From NCBI GenBank assembly GCA_963668645.2, contig CAXXWC010000022.1:81816-145815 (forward strand): a stretch of 64,000 nucleotides of DNA, written 5' to 3'. The position numbers were made by a program, and so were the translations under genes. The notes under the pieces were generated by a model. The model saw nothing but the letters and a program-made list of their open reading frames with translations, had not been told where the DNA came from and made no database searches. Origin of the DNA: Desulfobacterales bacterium. Its GTDB lineage: Bacteria; Desulfobacterota; Desulfobacteria; Desulfobacterales; UBA2174. Position 1 is the stretch's first letter, and each line of letters begins with the position of its first letter. Positions 49,085 through 59,189 of the stretch are shown here, piece by piece.

Positions 49085-49336
49085 GGTCGCCGGGCGCTAC
49101 GGCTAACAGCCCGAGTCCGATGCATCCACCGCTGTGGGGTTGCCCCTGACACGGCTCAGTGGGTTGATGTCGATTTTTCGGATAGTGAGTGATCGCCTTG
49201 ATGGAGCCGATCTGCACGATCTGCCGGTTTTCCGGAAAGGACGAAAGAACCGAAGATACTTGAAGCGGACCGGCCCCCTTGCCGGCGGGTAAAGGCAACA
49301 TCGCGACCGAAACCCGGGCTTTGCGGGTCCGGAAAT

Positions 49337-50674
49337 TCAGTCGGTTCGGACGGTGTTGAGCAAGGAAAGCATTTTGCGAAAACCGTCCGCCTCGAAGCGC
49401 GTCAGGGCCGCGAGAATTTGTTGCGGCAGGCCGGGCGGGGAGAACCGGCTGGCGAGGCGGAGGAATTTAGCTTCAAGTTCTGGGGGGCTGAGGGGATTTG
49501 CCGGATCGCCGTGAGGGGTCAAAACAGTTTTTTCGATCCTCTGCCCGCCGGTCTGCACGATAACCCTGGCGGCGGTTTGGACCGGAAAACGTCCGTCCAG
49601 TTCCGGGTCCACCGCCAGTGTCACGCGCCGCGCCAGGGCCACGGCGCGCGGATCGTGGAGGCTGGCTTCCCTCAGGGGCAGCAGTGCCCCGGCCCCGTGA
49701 AAGGCGGCCAAGCCAAGGCAAAAGGGGATGCTGTACTGGGCCCCTTCTATCCCATCGGGGTCCGGGTAATTATTGAGCCGCAGGGCCCGCTCGAAGGTCT
49801 GGATGGTGATACCGGCGATGGCGGCCGGATCCAGGCGGCCTTCGGCCAGGATGGCGAGCAGACCGTCCAGGGCGGCATGGCTCCAGCGGCAGCTCGAATA
49901 CGGTTTGAAGTAGACCGCTTCGATGGCCCGTCCGAAGGGCGTTGCATCGATGATCCGTTGCGCGTCGAACCAGTCTGGATGGTCCAGCAGATCCAATGGG
50001 CCGGTGAATCCCTCCTGAGCCAGGGTTACGGCATTGATTCCGAGCAATACGGACCACGGGATGCCCTCCTTGACATGGTTTCCCATGACTTGTGAATAGC
50101 CCGCTGCCGCCAGATCCGGCACCTGGGCGCCGGCAATAGCCAGGGATTGAGCCAGAACCGGGACTGTCACGTTGCGAAGATATCCGGTGGCGGCAGCTAC
50201 TCCGTAAGGGGTCCAGCGTCCGGTGGACAGGGTCGGCAGGCGGTCCAGATCACGGGCCGCGGCTATCCGGCAGCCGACTTCATACCCCACGGCGATGGCG
50301 GCCAGGACCTGCATCGGTGAGACGGGCAGGTCCGCAGCGACGGCGAAGACCGCCGGAATGATGGCGGCCCCCGGATGTCCGGCCGCCCCCCGGTGGCCGT
50401 CGTCCAGATCCAGGGCGCTGGCCGCGGCGGCATTGACCATGGCGGCCGCCGCTGGGTTCAGGCGGTCCGGACTGAACCAGACGGTGGTCGTTCCGGGGCC
50501 GAAGGTCTTAAGTGCCGCCCGGTGCAGGGCCAGGGCCGAGGTGGTTCGGCGGCCGGCCATGCAGGCGCCGAGCAAGTCAAGGATGCATCGACGGACAGCC
50601 TCACGCGTTGTTTGCGCCAGGTCTTGGGGCCGCAGGGCCAGGGCCTTTTGCGCCAGTTGTTCAGTGGTGTGCAT
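49337..50674 (-). CDS. MmgE/PrpD family protein
   Basis: LDLDDGH..GHPG, YFKPYSSCRWSH, AQYSIPF, GDPANPL. Confidence 0.9.
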   Translation of the reverse strand: MHTTEQLAQKALALRPQDLAQTTREAVRRCILDLLGACMAGRRTTSALALHRAALKTFGPGTTTVWFSPDRLNPAAAAMVNAAAASALDLDDGHRGAAGHPGAAIIPAVFAVAADLPVSPMQVLAAIAVGYEVGCRIAAARDLDRLPTLSTGRWTPYGVAAATGYLRNVTVPVLAQSLAIAGAQVPDLAAAGYSQVMGNHVKEGIPWSVLLGINAVTLAQEGFTGPLDLLDHPDWFDAQRIIDATPFGRAIEAVYFKPYSSCRWSHAALDGLLAILAEGRLDPAAIAGITIQTFERALRLNNYPDPDGIEGAQYSIPFCLGLAAFHGAGALLPLREASLHDPRAVALARRVTLAVDPELDGRFPVQTAARVIVQTGGQRIEKTVLTPHGDPANPLSPPELEAKFLRLASRFSPPGLPQQILAALTRFEADGFRKMLSLLNTVRTD

Positions 50675-50682
50675 GGTGCTTT

Positions 50683-51843
50683 TCACGGTTTTTGGAAATC
50701 TTGAATCGCCTCCCACAAGGCACGTACCGCCGGTGTTCTGGTACTGAGCGTCTCGGCGGCGCGCCGGCTTGCGGTCCGCCACGGCTGTTTATCGACGGTC
50801 AGGTAGCTCACGGCGTGGCGGCGCATGTTGAGGATTTCGTTTTCCGGTTCGGCCCGGGCAACTTCCGCGCTGAAGAAATCTCCGGCCTCATCGCAGGCAT
50901 CGGCCAGGGCCGATTGCAGGGCCGGGGGCAGGCTGCCGTAGCGAGCCTCGTTGACGGCCACCATCAAGGCGGGTGCCACGTCGCCCAGGCGGGTGACGAA
51001 CCGGCCGCGCCGGCAGAATCCCAGCGGATAAAGGTGAGCCTTGTGCGTGGGCAGCAGATCCACCTCCCCGCGCAGCCAGGCCCGGCGTACCCGGGGCCAG
51101 GGAATCACCACCGGTTTGGCGCCCAGCATTTTCCAGAATTCGGCTAGCAGCGGCGATCCGAAGATGCGTACCCGCAGGCCGCGCACCTGGTCCGGATGCG
51201 TGATGGGGCGGGTGGCCAGGATGACCCATTCCAGTCCCCGGCGCCAGTTCCAGCGCCGGTTGACCAGCCTGACTCCCTGATCGAGGAGCGGCTGGCCTAC
51301 CAGCCGTTTGAAAAGGCCGGATTGCAGAAAGGCCGCCAACTGCGCTTCGTTCTTGAACGCATACGGCAGGCTCAACAAATCCAGGGCCGGTACCAGATCG
51401 CGAAAGGCCGGCAAATCCTCGATGAACAGATCGATGAGCCCTTCGCGGAGCATGGCGGCCTGACGGGTCTGGGTGCCCAGAACGGTGGCCTGGAGCGGTA
51501 CCAGAGACAGGCGGTCCTGGCTGCGGCGGGCCACTTGGTCGGCAAACCATGCCGTGGCCCGGCTTTCGGGGCCGGGCACGGTGACCATGGTCCCCAGGAC
51601 CCGCGGAATCTCCGCCTCTTTTTGAAAGAGGTAGCTCAGCGGACGCTCCAGCACCCGGCAAAGTTCGCTCAAGGCGGCGATGGACAGGGCCGCCTTGCCG
51701 GTTTCGATCTTGGAAAGTTGCCCCTGGGACAAGCCGGCCTGGCGGGCCAGTTCTACGGCGGTCATGGCCGCAGCCTGGCGCAGCTCCCGAATCTTAAGGC
51801 CCACCTGCCGGCGTACCGCTATTTCGTCTGTCGAAGAATGCAT
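50683..51843 (-). CDS. XRE-family HTH fused to a TRAP DctP-like solute-binding domain
   Basis: N-terminal ELARQAGLSQGQLSKIETGK; C-terminal LSLPYAF, RPITHPDQVRGLRVR, LGAKPVVIPW. Confidence 0.8.
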   Translation of the reverse strand: MHSSTDEIAVRRQVGLKIRELRQAAAMTAVELARQAGLSQGQLSKIETGKAALSIAALSELCRVLERPLSYLFQKEAEIPRVLGTMVTVPGPESRATAWFADQVARRSQDRLSLVPLQATVLGTQTRQAAMLREGLIDLFIEDLPAFRDLVPALDLLSLPYAFKNEAQLAAFLQSGLFKRLVGQPLLDQGVRLVNRRWNWRRGLEWVILATRPITHPDQVRGLRVRIFGSPLLAEFWKMLGAKPVVIPWPRVRRAWLRGEVDLLPTHKAHLYPLGFCRRGRFVTRLGDVAPALMVAVNEARYGSLPPALQSALADACDEAGDFFSAEVARAEPENEILNMRRHAVSYLTVDKQPWRTASRRAAETLSTRTPAVRALWEAIQDFQKP

Positions 51844-51849
51844 ATCGGT

Positions 51850-52998
51850 TCAGGAAAGATCTTCGAGCCGGGTGGCCACATGGATGCCGCGGCGTTCGAG
51901 TTCCGCCAGCACCCGCTTGGCAGGAACGTCAGCGATGGGTGAAAGCACGCCCGGCCCTTCGATTTCGCCGCTGAGCACCATCTGGGCCGCGATGCTGGCC
52001 GTATAGCCCACCGTGCGGTTCATGGCAAAAAGTCCGGTCTTAAGATCGCGGTAATCGATCAATTCGTAGGTCAGCCGCTTTTTCGATCCGTCCTTGATCC
52101 CCCAGGTCTGGATGCGCAGCACTGCAATATCCCGTTCATCATCGCGGTATTGCAGGCGCGGGTTAAGATGGTGGACCAGAAACTGCAGCGGTTCGTCTTC
52201 CAGGAAACCCATGTCCGCCATTGTGCGCCAGAAGGCGCAGTGGCCGGGCCAGCGGGCGGCGAAACGGGCCATGTCCCGAAGCTGCGGTCCATCAAGGCCG
52301 AAGCGTTGGATGAAACCGATGGCATCGCCGTTGGGGTAGGCTTCCATTTCGCCGAGATCCCCTACCCGGATGGTGTGGATGTGCTCCGGGCGGAAGATAT
52401 GGGTACCGGCAATCTCCTCCATCCGGCCGCCTTTCAGAATCCGGGCCGGCCTGCGGTAGGCATTGAGTACACCTTCCAGGGTCCAGTTGACTTTATACTT
52501 GATCGCATTGTCGGCCGCCGCCGGTTCCGGAACCCCAAGCCCGTAACTGTACAGGCCGTGAACCTCGTCCAGGCCTTTTACCGCCAGTCCTCCCAGAATC
52601 AGGTCGATTCCCGGATCGAAGCCCATTTCCGGCATAATGGTGATGCCATTGCGGCGGGCTTCGGCGTCCAGATCTGCCACCCAATGGGCATAGCTGGTGT
52701 TGACAAAGGGAATTTTCGCCGCGATGCAGGCTTCGGCCACCGTATGTGCCAGAAAAGTGGGCAACATGCAAACGGCAATGGCCGCTTGGGTGCCGCGCAT
52801 CAGTGCAGCCAGGTCTTCCTTTTGACGGGCGTCGATCTTTTGCAGGCGCACGTTCGGGTAGTTGCCGCGGCGGAGAAATGCGTCCGCTGCGCTGGTGTCC
52901 ATATCCGCACCGATGATCTCGTCGATCTGGTCGTTTTGCGACAAATCGTGGATCACGGCCCTACCCTGAAACCCAAGACCGAGCACAAGTGCTTTCAT
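51850..52998 (-). CDS. Saccharopine/lysine 6-dehydrogenase family protein
   Basis: VLGLGFQG, GFDPGID, YKVNWTLEG, AMNRTVG. Confidence 0.88.
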   Translation of the reverse strand: MKALVLGLGFQGRAVIHDLSQNDQIDEIIGADMDTSAADAFLRRGNYPNVRLQKIDARQKEDLAALMRGTQAAIAVCMLPTFLAHTVAEACIAAKIPFVNTSYAHWVADLDAEARRNGITIMPEMGFDPGIDLILGGLAVKGLDEVHGLYSYGLGVPEPAAADNAIKYKVNWTLEGVLNAYRRPARILKGGRMEEIAGTHIFRPEHIHTIRVGDLGEMEAYPNGDAIGFIQRFGLDGPQLRDMARFAARWPGHCAFWRTMADMGFLEDEPLQFLVHHLNPRLQYRDDERDIAVLRIQTWGIKDGSKKRLTYELIDYRDLKTGLFAMNRTVGYTASIAAQMVLSGEIEGPGVLSPIADVPAKRVLAELERRGIHVATRLEDLS

Positions 52999-53022
52999 GA
53001 CAGAATTCGACTCCTTTCCAAA

Positions 53023-53928
53023 TCAGCCGGGAATGTTTCTCAGGCGCGGATCGAGGGCATCCCGCAGCCCGTCGCCCAAGAGGTTGATCGACAGAATGGT
53101 CAGCATGATGGCCAGCCCCGGCAAGGTCACCAGCCACCAGGCATCGGCAATGTACACCCTTCCTTCGGCCAGCATGCGGCCCCAGGTGGGCATGGGCGGC
53201 GGAGCGCCCATGCCGAGAAACGACAATCCGCTTTCCCAGATGATGATGTTGGCCACCCGTACGGTGCCCAGGACCAGGATCGGCGACAGCACATTGGGAA
53301 AGATGTGGCGCAGCAGGATCACCCCGTGGGAAGTGCCAACGCTGTGCGCCGCCATGACGAACTCTTTTTTCTTGATGCTCAGAACGCTGCCACGGATCGT
53401 ACGGGCATAGGTAACCCAGTCCGAGAGCCCCAGAACCAGAATCAGGTTGAAGATCGAGTTGCCCAGCACCGCGATCACCGAGATGGTGAGCAGCATGAAG
53501 GGATAGGCCATGAACACGTCGGCCAGACGCATGATCAGATTATCGGTGCGCCCGCCGAAGTAGCCCGAGATCAGACCCAGCACGATTCCCGTGGTACAGG
53601 CCACAAGGACCGCGGAAAAGCCCACCAGAAGACTGACCCGGCTGCCGTAGAGGATGCGCACCAGCACATCGCGGCCCAGATTGTCCGTCCCCAGCGGATA
53701 AAGCAGAGTCCCGCCCTCCTGCCAGAACGGTGGGGTCAGACGGGCCAGCAGGTCCTGGGCCAGGGGGTCGCGGGGGTAGAAGAGCGGGAAAAACAGGCTC
53801 GTGGAGAGGATTGCGGCCAGCAGCAGGCCTCCGGCCACCGCTCCGGGCGAGCGGCTCAGGGCCTGAAACGTCTCGGCCCAAAGGCGCCAACTGGCGCGCA
53901 GTTGATTGAAACGCCCGACTCCTTTCAC
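53023..53928 (-). CDS. Peptide/nickel ABC permease (DppC-like)
   Basis: LGTDNLGRD, ILYGSRVSL, SFLGMG. Confidence 0.92.
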   Translation of the reverse strand: MKGVGRFNQLRASWRLWAETFQALSRSPGAVAGGLLLAAILSTSLFFPLFYPRDPLAQDLLARLTPPFWQEGGTLLYPLGTDNLGRDVLVRILYGSRVSLLVGFSAVLVACTTGIVLGLISGYFGGRTDNLIMRLADVFMAYPFMLLTISVIAVLGNSIFNLILVLGLSDWVTYARTIRGSVLSIKKKEFVMAAHSVGTSHGVILLRHIFPNVLSPILVLGTVRVANIIIWESGLSFLGMGAPPPMPTWGRMLAEGRVYIADAWWLVTLPGLAIMLTILSINLLGDGLRDALDPRLRNIPG

Positions 53929-54851
53929 TTGGCCTCCAGGTAGCTGATCTGGGGATCGAGGTAGAGATAGATCAGGTCGGTAATCAGGTTGATCAGCACG
54001 AAAAGGACGGCCAGGACCAAAACCGCGGACTGGACCAGGGGGTAATCCCGGCTGAAGATGGCCTGGACCACCAGGCGCCCGACCCCCGGCCAGGCGAAAA
54101 CCGTTTCGATGATCACCGTGCCGCCGATAAGAAACCCGAATTGCATTCCGGCTACGGTGACCAGGGGGATCAGGGCGTTTTTCAACGCATGTTTGCCGAT
54201 AACCCACCGCTCGCGCAGTCCTTTGGCCCGGGCGGTGCGCACATAGTCCTGGTTCAGGACCTCCAGCATCACCGAGCGGGTCAGCCGGGCGAACATGGCC
54301 ATCAGGCTCAGACCCAGGGCCAATGAGGGCATGATCAGATGGGCCAGCGTGCCCCGGCCCGAGGTGGGCAGCCATCCCAGGGTCACCGAAAAGAGCAGGA
54401 TCATCATGATCCCCAGCCAGAAATGGGGCATGGAGAGCCCGAAAAGGGCCCCCAGCATGGATGAGACATCCAAGAGTGATCCGCGTTTGACCGCCGAGAT
54501 GATCCCCAGCGGGATCGAGACCACCAGGGCGATGAGCATGGCGGCGCCGGCCAGTTCCAGGCTGGCGGGCAGACGCTGGAGGATCAAGTCGATGGCCGGC
54601 ACCCGGTAGTAGAGGGACATGCCCAGGTCGCCGTGGACGGCGCGCACGGCAAAGCGCCAGTACTGCACCGGCAGCGGGTCATTGAAACCGAGCTGTTCGC
54701 GCAGGGCCTCGATTTCGGCATGGGAGGCGTCCGGCGGCAGCATCAGCATCACCGGATCACCGGAAAGATGGATGAAAAAGAAGCTGATGATGGAGATGCC
54801 CACGGCCACGTAGACGGTGTGCCAGAGCCTTTTGAGGATGTATCGACCCAT
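53925..54851 (-). CDS. Peptide/nickel ABC permease (DppB-like)
   Basis: DYVRTARAKGL, IIETVFAWPGVG. Confidence 0.93.
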   Translation of the reverse strand: MGRYILKRLWHTVYVAVGISIISFFFIHLSGDPVMLMLPPDASHAEIEALREQLGFNDPLPVQYWRFAVRAVHGDLGMSLYYRVPAIDLILQRLPASLELAGAAMLIALVVSIPLGIISAVKRGSLLDVSSMLGALFGLSMPHFWLGIMMILLFSVTLGWLPTSGRGTLAHLIMPSLALGLSLMAMFARLTRSVMLEVLNQDYVRTARAKGLRERWVIGKHALKNALIPLVTVAGMQFGFLIGGTVIIETVFAWPGVGRLVVQAIFSRDYPLVQSAVLVLAVLFVLINLITDLIYLYLDPQISYLEAK

Positions 54852-54938
54852 TGTCCCAGGTTTCGGTTAGCGGGTGCCGGAGGGTCGTTTCCCTGACCAT
54901 CCGGCGCCCGATCATTTACATCGCAATACCATCCCAGA

Positions 54939-56435
54939 TCACTTTTTCGGCTTGGCCGTGTTCATGATCAGATAACCGTCGCGCAGCCCCTTGTACTGCA
55001 CGGCGTTGGAGACGGCAAAGACCTCCGGAATTACGTAAAGATACACCCAGGGGGCATCCTGGTACAGAAAGCGATCCAGTTCGTTGTAGATTTTGACCCG
55101 GGCCGCGGGATCCAGGGTGGAGCGGCCCTTGTCCAGGAGCTGGTCCACCGTTTCGCTTTTGTAGTAGTAGTCCCGGCTCTTGGAGTGAAAGAGACTGTAC
55201 ATGTAGCGGTCCGGTTCCGGGGCGTCGTCCCAGAAATAGATATACATCTGGTGCAGTTTCTTCTTGTAGCGGTCCCACATCACAGCGCGTTCGAAGGGTT
55301 CGAGGGTTACCCGGATGCCCGCCTTGGCCAGGTCCGCGGCGATCGCCTCGGCCTGCTCCTGGATCTGGGGCAGGTAGGTGCCGTAGGCCAGGCGGGTCTC
55401 GAAGCCGTCAGGGTAGCCGGCCTCGGACAAAAGCTGCTTGGCTTTCTGCGGATCGTAGGCATAGGGCTTGAGGGAGGGGTCGGCGCCGAAGGTGCGCGGG
55501 CTGATGGGGCCGGCGCAGAGAATCGCCTTGCCGTTGAACAGGGCCTTGTTGATCAGGGGCCGGTTGATGGCATGGTTGACGGCCTGGCGCACCCGGACAT
55601 CGCTGAACGGTTTTTCATAGGTGTTCAGGCCCAGATAATTCATCGAACCCATCTGATCGGTGAGGTAGGCCTTGCCCGAGTTGAGGACCTTCTTGCGCTG
55701 GTGCACCGGCACGCCGCTGATCACATCCGCCTCGCCGGTGAGCAGGGCCGCGATGCGGGAGGCTTCCTCCGGGATTCCCTTGAAGATCAGCTTCTTGTAG
55801 GCCGGTTTGAGGCCGTAGTACTTGTCGTAGGCCGACAGCACGATCTCCTGGCCCTTGACCCATTTGTCCAGCTTGTAGGCCCCGCAGCCGACGGGCTTGA
55901 GGTTGTATTCGGCATCTCCCACCTGCTGGACGTATTTCGGCGGCACGATAAACAGATACTGGGCCAGCATGTAAAGCCCCGGGGCATACGGCTGCTTCAT
56001 AGTGATGGTGAACGTGCGGTCGTCGATGACCTTGACTTCCTTGAAACTGTTGAGTTTGCCGCGGTGGGGACTCTTGAGCGCGTCGCTCGTGATGCGTTCG
56101 AAGGAAAATTTTACCGCCTCGGCGTTGATAGGCTCCCCGTTGTGGAAGGTGGCGCCGGCGACCAGGGTGAATTTCCAGGTCAGGTCGTCCACCGCTTCCC
56201 ATTTTTCGGCCAGTCCCGGTTTGACCGTGGCGTCCTCCTGGGGTTTGAGTAGGGTGTCATGGATGTTATAGCCGACGCTCATGGTGGTCTGGATGGAGCT
56301 TTGCATGATGTCCAGTCCTACCGGTTCGGCTTCTTGCACCACTACGAGGGTGTCCCCAGTCGCTGCTGCCGGACCGGCGCAAACCAGGCCGGCGAAAACC
56401 ACCGATAGGATGATCCGCATCAATTTCCGCTTCAT
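54939..56435 (-). CDS. ABC substrate-binding protein, family 5 (DppA-like)
   Basis: Signal peptide, PGLAEKW, TFHNGEP, DVRVRQA. Confidence 0.92.
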   Translation of the reverse strand: MKRKLMRIILSVVFAGLVCAGPAAATGDTLVVVQEAEPVGLDIMQSSIQTTMSVGYNIHDTLLKPQEDATVKPGLAEKWEAVDDLTWKFTLVAGATFHNGEPINAEAVKFSFERITSDALKSPHRGKLNSFKEVKVIDDRTFTITMKQPYAPGLYMLAQYLFIVPPKYVQQVGDAEYNLKPVGCGAYKLDKWVKGQEIVLSAYDKYYGLKPAYKKLIFKGIPEEASRIAALLTGEADVISGVPVHQRKKVLNSGKAYLTDQMGSMNYLGLNTYEKPFSDVRVRQAVNHAINRPLINKALFNGKAILCAGPISPRTFGADPSLKPYAYDPQKAKQLLSEAGYPDGFETRLAYGTYLPQIQEQAEAIAADLAKAGIRVTLEPFERAVMWDRYKKKLHQMYIYFWDDAPEPDRYMYSLFHSKSRDYYYKSETVDQLLDKGRSTLDPAARVKIYNELDRFLYQDAPWVYLYVIPEVFAVSNAVQYKGLRDGYLIMNTAKPKK

Positions 56436-57478
56436 ACGCTTCCTCCTTTGAGTTGGGGGTGGGACCGGGTTCCCGTTGGGGAAGCCGGCGGCTTGGCGAT
56501 CCATTCGTCGTGATGGTTGTAAAGATGGCAACAGACGCGATGGCGGTCCGCCACCTGCCGCATGTGCGGCGCTTCCCGGCGGCAGATCTCCATAGCCTCC
56601 GGGCAGCGGGGGTGGAAATGACAGCCTGGAGGAGGGTTGATGGGCGAGGGGACGTCTCCTTGCAGGACGATACGCCGGCGCCGGCGCCGCGGATCCGGTA
56701 TCGGCACCGCCGAGAGCAGTGCCCGGGTGTAGGGATGGGCCGGCTGGTCATAGATGGTTTTTACATCCGCCAGTTCCACGATCCGTCCCAGATACATGAC
56801 CCCCACCCGGTGGCTCACGTAGCGGATTACCGACAGGTCGTGGGAAATGAAAAGAAAGGAAAGCTTGAGCTGCCGCTGCAGGCGGACCATGAGATTCAAG
56901 ACCTGGGCGCGCACCGAGACATCCAGGGCCGAGACTGGTTCGTCGCCGATCACCAGCCGTGGTTGCAGCACCAGGGCCCGGGCCACGCAGATGCGCTGGC
57001 GCTGCCCGCCGGAGAACTCGTGGGGAAAGCGTGTCATGTGCTCGGGCAGAAGCCCCACCGTTTCGAGCGCTTCGGCCACCCGTTGCTTGCGTAGGGTGCC
57101 GTTGAGGGTCTCATAGTTGAGCAGCGGCTCTTCCACGATGCGCTCCACCGTCAGGCGGGGGTTGAGCGATCCGAAGGGGTCCTGGAAAACGATTTGCATG
57201 CGGCGGCGATGCCGGCGCAGCCGGTTTGCATCCAGGGACAGAATGTTTTCCCCCTCGAACCAGACCTCGCCCGCGGTCGGTTCGATCAACCGCAGGAGGC
57301 TGAAGCCGGTGGTGGATTTGCCGCAGCCGGATTCACCCACCAGCCCCAGGGTCTCGTTTTCCCCGATGCTGAAAGAGACGTCGTCCACGGCGTGGACCAC
57401 GGCGCGCCGGCGGCCCCAGAACCCGCGCCGCAGGGGAAAGTGCTTGATCAAATGGTTGACTTCGAGCAGTTCAGTCAT
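56432..57478 (-). CDS. Peptide ABC ATPase (DppF-like)
   Basis: [25 protein letters not shown]. Confidence 0.93.
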   Translation of the reverse strand: MTELLEVNHLIKHFPLRRGFWGRRRAVVHAVDDVSFSIGENETLGLVGESGCGKSTTGFSLLRLIEPTAGEVWFEGENILSLDANRLRRHRRRMQIVFQDPFGSLNPRLTVERIVEEPLLNYETLNGTLRKQRVAEALETVGLLPEHMTRFPHEFSGGQRQRICVARALVLQPRLVIGDEPVSALDVSVRAQVLNLMVRLQRQLKLSFLFISHDLSVIRYVSHRVGVMYLGRIVELADVKTIYDQPAHPYTRALLSAVPIPDPRRRRRRIVLQGDVPSPINPPPGCHFHPRCPEAMEICRREAPHMRQVADRHRVCCHLYNHHDEWIAKPPASPTGTRSHPQLKGGSV

Positions 57479-58439
57479 CGGTCACCGCCCAGCAGGCCAC
57501 CCGGTGGTTCTCGCCCACCGCCTTCAGCGGTGGGACCTCGGCGCGGCAGACGGCCATCGACCACGGGCAGCGCGGCTCGAAATGGCATCCGGGAGGCAGG
57601 GACCCCAGCCCGGGTACCACACCCTGGATTTCCGTCAGGGCTTCGGTTTCGAAGCTGGCGTCCGCCCGGGGAATGGCCCCCATCAAGCCCTGGGTGTAAG
57701 GGTGCAAAGGCCGGTCGAAGAGTTCCAGGGTCGTGGCCTCCTCCATGATCCGGCCGGTGTACATCACCGCAACGCGCTGGGCCATTTCGGCCACGACCCC
57801 CAGATCGTGGGTGATCAGTAAAATGGCGGTGTCCAGGTCCTCCTTAAGGGCGAGCATCAATTCTAAAATCTGGGCCTGGATGCTGACATCCAGGGCGGTG
57901 GTGGGCTCATCGGCCAGCAGCAGGGCGGGGTTGCAGGCCAACGCCATGGCAATCATCACCCTTTGGCGCATTCCTCCGGAGAGTTGATAGGGATATTCCC
58001 TTACCCGCCGCCGGGGAGCCGGAACCCCTACCCGGGCCAGCATTTCAACCGATTGTGCCAAGGCCTCGGCCCTGTCCAGGCGGCGGTGGACGCGAAACAC
58101 TTCCATGAGCTGATTGCCCACGGTAAATACCGGATTGAGGGCCGTCATGGGCTCCTGGAAAATCATGCTGATGGCATTGCCCCGCAACTGCCGCAGCGCC
58201 TCTTGCGAAAGTTGGAGCAGATCCTGCTCCTGGAAGAGGATTTTCCCGCCTTCCACAAAGGCCGGCGGGCGGGGCAGAAGACCGAGAATCGAGAGGGCCA
58301 GCACCGACTTGCCGCAGCCCGATTCACCCACCACGCCCAGAATTTCTCCCCGGGACAGGGAAAGGTTGACCCCATCCACCGCGTGGATCGGCCCATGGGG
58401 GGTATGGAAGCCGGTAATCAGGTTTTGTATTAGAAGCAC
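57471..58439 (-). CDS. Peptide ABC ATPase (DppD-like)
   Basis: [25 protein letters not shown]. Confidence 0.93.
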   Translation of the reverse strand: MLLIQNLITGFHTPHGPIHAVDGVNLSLSRGEILGVVGESGCGKSVLALSILGLLPRPPAFVEGGKILFQEQDLLQLSQEALRQLRGNAISMIFQEPMTALNPVFTVGNQLMEVFRVHRRLDRAEALAQSVEMLARVGVPAPRRRVREYPYQLSGGMRQRVMIAMALACNPALLLADEPTTALDVSIQAQILELMLALKEDLDTAILLITHDLGVVAEMAQRVAVMYTGRIMEEATTLELFDRPLHPYTQGLMGAIPRADASFETEALTEIQGVVPGLGSLPPGCHFEPRCPWSMAVCRAEVPPLKAVGENHRVACWAVTDD

Positions 58440-58714
58440 AATGATCGACCAAACGCCAAAAGAATAAAAAAACTGGTCAGGAAATTATAGCGTGATAATT
58501 ACGCCATATGGCAGAGAGAAATATGCCTGTCAAGAATAATCTTAAAGAGAAAAACAAAACCGCTCTTGCTCCCCTTGCGGAGGCAGGACATCGATCAGAA
58601 AATGGCATTTTCTCGGACTGGCGGTCGACGGCGTTTTTTGCCCGCCGGCCGCGTTTAGGCAGGGGCCTGCCCGTTGCTTCACGCCCCGGTCATGGGTCCG
58701 ACGGTGACCTGGGA

Positions 58715-59017
58715 TCACCCACCCAAGCGGGCGCCGACGAAATATGCCTCGTAGTCGGCCGGCTGCTCCTGATAGACTTCGAGCATCGCCTCAAACTGCT
58801 TGCGTACGGAATTGTTCTTCCAGGCGAGCCAGCTTTCAAGATTCTCCCAGGTGCCGATTACGAGAACCTTGCGGGGATCTTCTGCCGCGCTTAAACTGAT
58901 GCCCGAGAGGTACCCGGGCATTTCCATGGCCTTGGCCCGCAGTTCACGCAGCAGGTGGAGGATTTCGATTTCGTTGCCCTTGCGAAAGTGCCGTTTGATC
59001 AAGACCTTGGTCAGCAT
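58715..59017 (-). CDS. Antibiotic biosynthesis monooxygenase (ABM) domain protein
   Basis: PGYLSG...VIGTWENLESWLAW; AAGGAGG RBS. Confidence 0.8.
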   Translation of the reverse strand: MLTKVLIKRHFRKGNEIEILHLLRELRAKAMEMPGYLSGISLSAAEDPRKVLVIGTWENLESWLAWKNNSVRKQFEAMLEVYQEQPADYEAYFVGARLGG

Positions 59018-59132
59018 GTTGCCCTCCTTGGCGCTTGGCGCCGGTCGGCGCGCGGTTGGCATCAATCGTGAGGCTTTGCAGATTGATTGTCGCTATCTGA
59101 TATCCTGGCCCGTACGGGCGTAAAAGGCAAGT

Positions 59133-59160
59133 GAAAAGCCCCGCCGAAGCGGGGCTTTTC
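59133..59160 (-). terminator. Intrinsic terminator after oadB
   Basis: GAAAAGCCCCGC-CGAA-GCGGGGCTTTTC. Confidence 0.85.
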
Positions 59161-59189
59161 AAGGTTTGGAGGGAAGGGGCGAGGATGGG

